Shown piece after piece: positions 62,832-64,000 of a stretch of DNA of 64,000 nucleotides. Below the pieces are notes generated by a model. The model had not been told where the DNA came from. It saw only the letters and a program-made list of their open reading frames with translations, and did no database searches. The stretch's first letter is position 1; every line of letters begins with the position of its first letter. Source of the stretch: a virus (lineage: Duplodnaviria; Caudoviricetes); the IMG/VR virus record IMGVR_UViG_3300042274_000720, positions 2,832-66,831 of that record. One strand, given 5' to 3'. The position numbers and the translations under genes are program-made.

Positions 62832-64000
62832 AGCGCGAGGCCGAACTCCTGGAAGAGTCGGTCTACGGCAAGAAGGCCGTGGCCACCTTCCTCGAAGCGG
62901 CGGTCGCCTACCTGGAGCACGATGGCGACCCGCGATTCCTCGGCCGCTATGACGGCGGGCGGTGGACAGGGCTGATAGGCCTGTTCGGCAGGCGACGGCT
63001 GTCGTCGCTGGGCCAGCAGGACCTGGACGAGGCGGCGAAGAAGCTCTATCCGACGGCGACGCCGGAGACCCGAAATCGTCAGTGCTACACGCCGTTCGTG
63101 GCCGTCTGGAACTATGCCGTCGCCGCAGGGATGGCCGATCCGCGCGACTGGCGCCGGCCGCGCCGCCCGAAGGGCACGGCCAAGCGCCGCAAGCCCACCC
63201 GCGCCGGCACCGGACCCACCGACTATGAGACCGCTGCCCGCTTCGTCGCTGCCATGGCCCCGGCTCCGGCCATGGTGCTGACCACCCTGTTCTATACAGG
63301 ACTGCGCCCCATCGAACTATTCGCGCTGGAAGCGCACGACGTACAGCCGGACGACAGGTGGATCATCGTCGACTCGTCCAAGTCGGGCGAGCCGCGCGGC
63401 GTGCCGATGCACGAGTTCCTGGTGCCCCTGCTCGCCACTCTGAAGTCGCGTGGCGGACGCCTGTTCCGCACGCCTCGCGGAGAGCCCTACCCCATCACCG
63501 AAGAAGGGGGCGGCCAGTGCGATAGCGCCATTCGCGGAGCCCGGCGGCGCACCGGCATTCAGGGGGTCAGCCTCTACACGGCAAGGCACACCGTCAGCAC
63601 GCAACTCGTCGTGCGCGACGTCCACCCCTACGTCAAGGATCAGATCCTAGGACACGCGGCCGACAGCATGAGCCGCCACTACACGCACGTTCCCCAGGCG
63701 CCGCTGATCGAGGCCATCAACCGCTTGCCCGTGCCCGCCCTCTGGCGCACGCTGCCATGGTGGGAAAAACCCCTGGCGCACTCCAAGCGGCTGACCAGGC
63801 GGGTGACCGGGAATGCGGCGGACGACGTCATCCGCCTGCGGCGCGACGGGCTGACTCTGCGCGAGATCGTGGCGGAAACGGGCGTCTCGATGGGGTCCGT
63901 CTGGACCATCCTCAACGAGGCCGGAATGACCGCCCCGCGTGCAAAAACAGTGCAGTCCGCTCACGCGAATAGGAAAAATAGCGGAAAATCAGGGCGCTAG
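62705..64000 (+). CDS. int: Tyrosine integrase with extra C-terminal HTH
   Basis: YTGLRPIEL, YTARHT, LGHA...RHYTH; then LRRDGLTLREIVAETGVSMGSVWTIL. Confidence 0.9.
   Translation: MPLKLVRRAGSDNWYLRGTVRGRSVFESAGTDDAEAAEAVRVKREAELLEESVYGKKAVATFLEAAVAYLEHDGDPRFLGRYDGGRWTGLIGLFGRRRLSSLGQQDLDEAAKKLYPTATPETRNRQCYTPFVAVWNYAVAAGMADPRDWRRPRRPKGTAKRRKPTRAGTGPTDYETAARFVAAMAPAPAMVLTTLFYTGLRPIELFALEAHDVQPDDRWIIVDSSKSGEPRGVPMHEFLVPLLATLKSRGGRLFRTPRGEPYPITEEGGGQCDSAIRGARRRTGIQGVSLYTARHTVSTQLVVRDVHPYVKDQILGHAADSMSRHYTHVPQAPLIEAINRLPVPALWRTLPWWEKPLAHSKRLTRRVTGNAADDVIRLRRDGLTLREIVAETGVSMGSVWTILNEAGMTAPRAKTVQSAHANRKNSGKSGR
63938..63955 (+). repeat. Putative arm site, right prophage end (inside the int 3' end)
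   Basis: CGTGCAAAAACAGTGCAG matches 8038-8055 at 16/18. Confidence 0.55.

Larger units (their letters stand above)
7873..64000. mobile_element. Temperate podovirus-like prophage (~56 kb), right att probably just beyond the window
   Basis: Full set of lysis, virion, packaging, replication, immunity, recombination and int genes; matching arm-like sequences at both ends. Confidence 0.92.

Overview
GC-rich, probably alphaproteobacterial DNA (GcrA-like and GapR-like phage genes) made entirely of two mobile elements in tandem at a tRNA-Thr(GGT) attachment site. (1) 1-7920 is the right end of a lower-GC integrative element: RepA-like initiator, RuvC-like nuclease, XRE regulator, protease-less Lon-type AAA+ ATPase, xis and tyrosine integrase, ending at a 3'-half tRNA-Thr duplication (7873-7920). 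(2) ~7873->64000 is an apparently near-complete ~56 kb temperate podovirus-like prophage. It has lysis genes, a 3398-aa polyvalent protein, putative ejection, tail-fibre, nozzle and adaptor genes, an N4-gp56-type capsid, scaffold, portal and terminase. It also has a lambdoid replication/immunity region (rep with iterons, helicase, MTases, cII/cro/cI), a recombination operon (YqaJ, RecT-like, Rad50-like ATPase, C5-MTase), xis and int. Main unusual observations: two +1-frame genes apparently nested inside the giant polyvalent ORF; a large terminase split into two ORFs around a ~350-nt insert; a tripartite RelE-like/HTH/third-gene cassette next to cI; two fossil repressor 3' ends marking cassette exchanges; and a TTT-TTT-TGA frameshift splitting a nuclease-Excalibur gene. 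Family assignments come from motif recognition only; no database searches were run.
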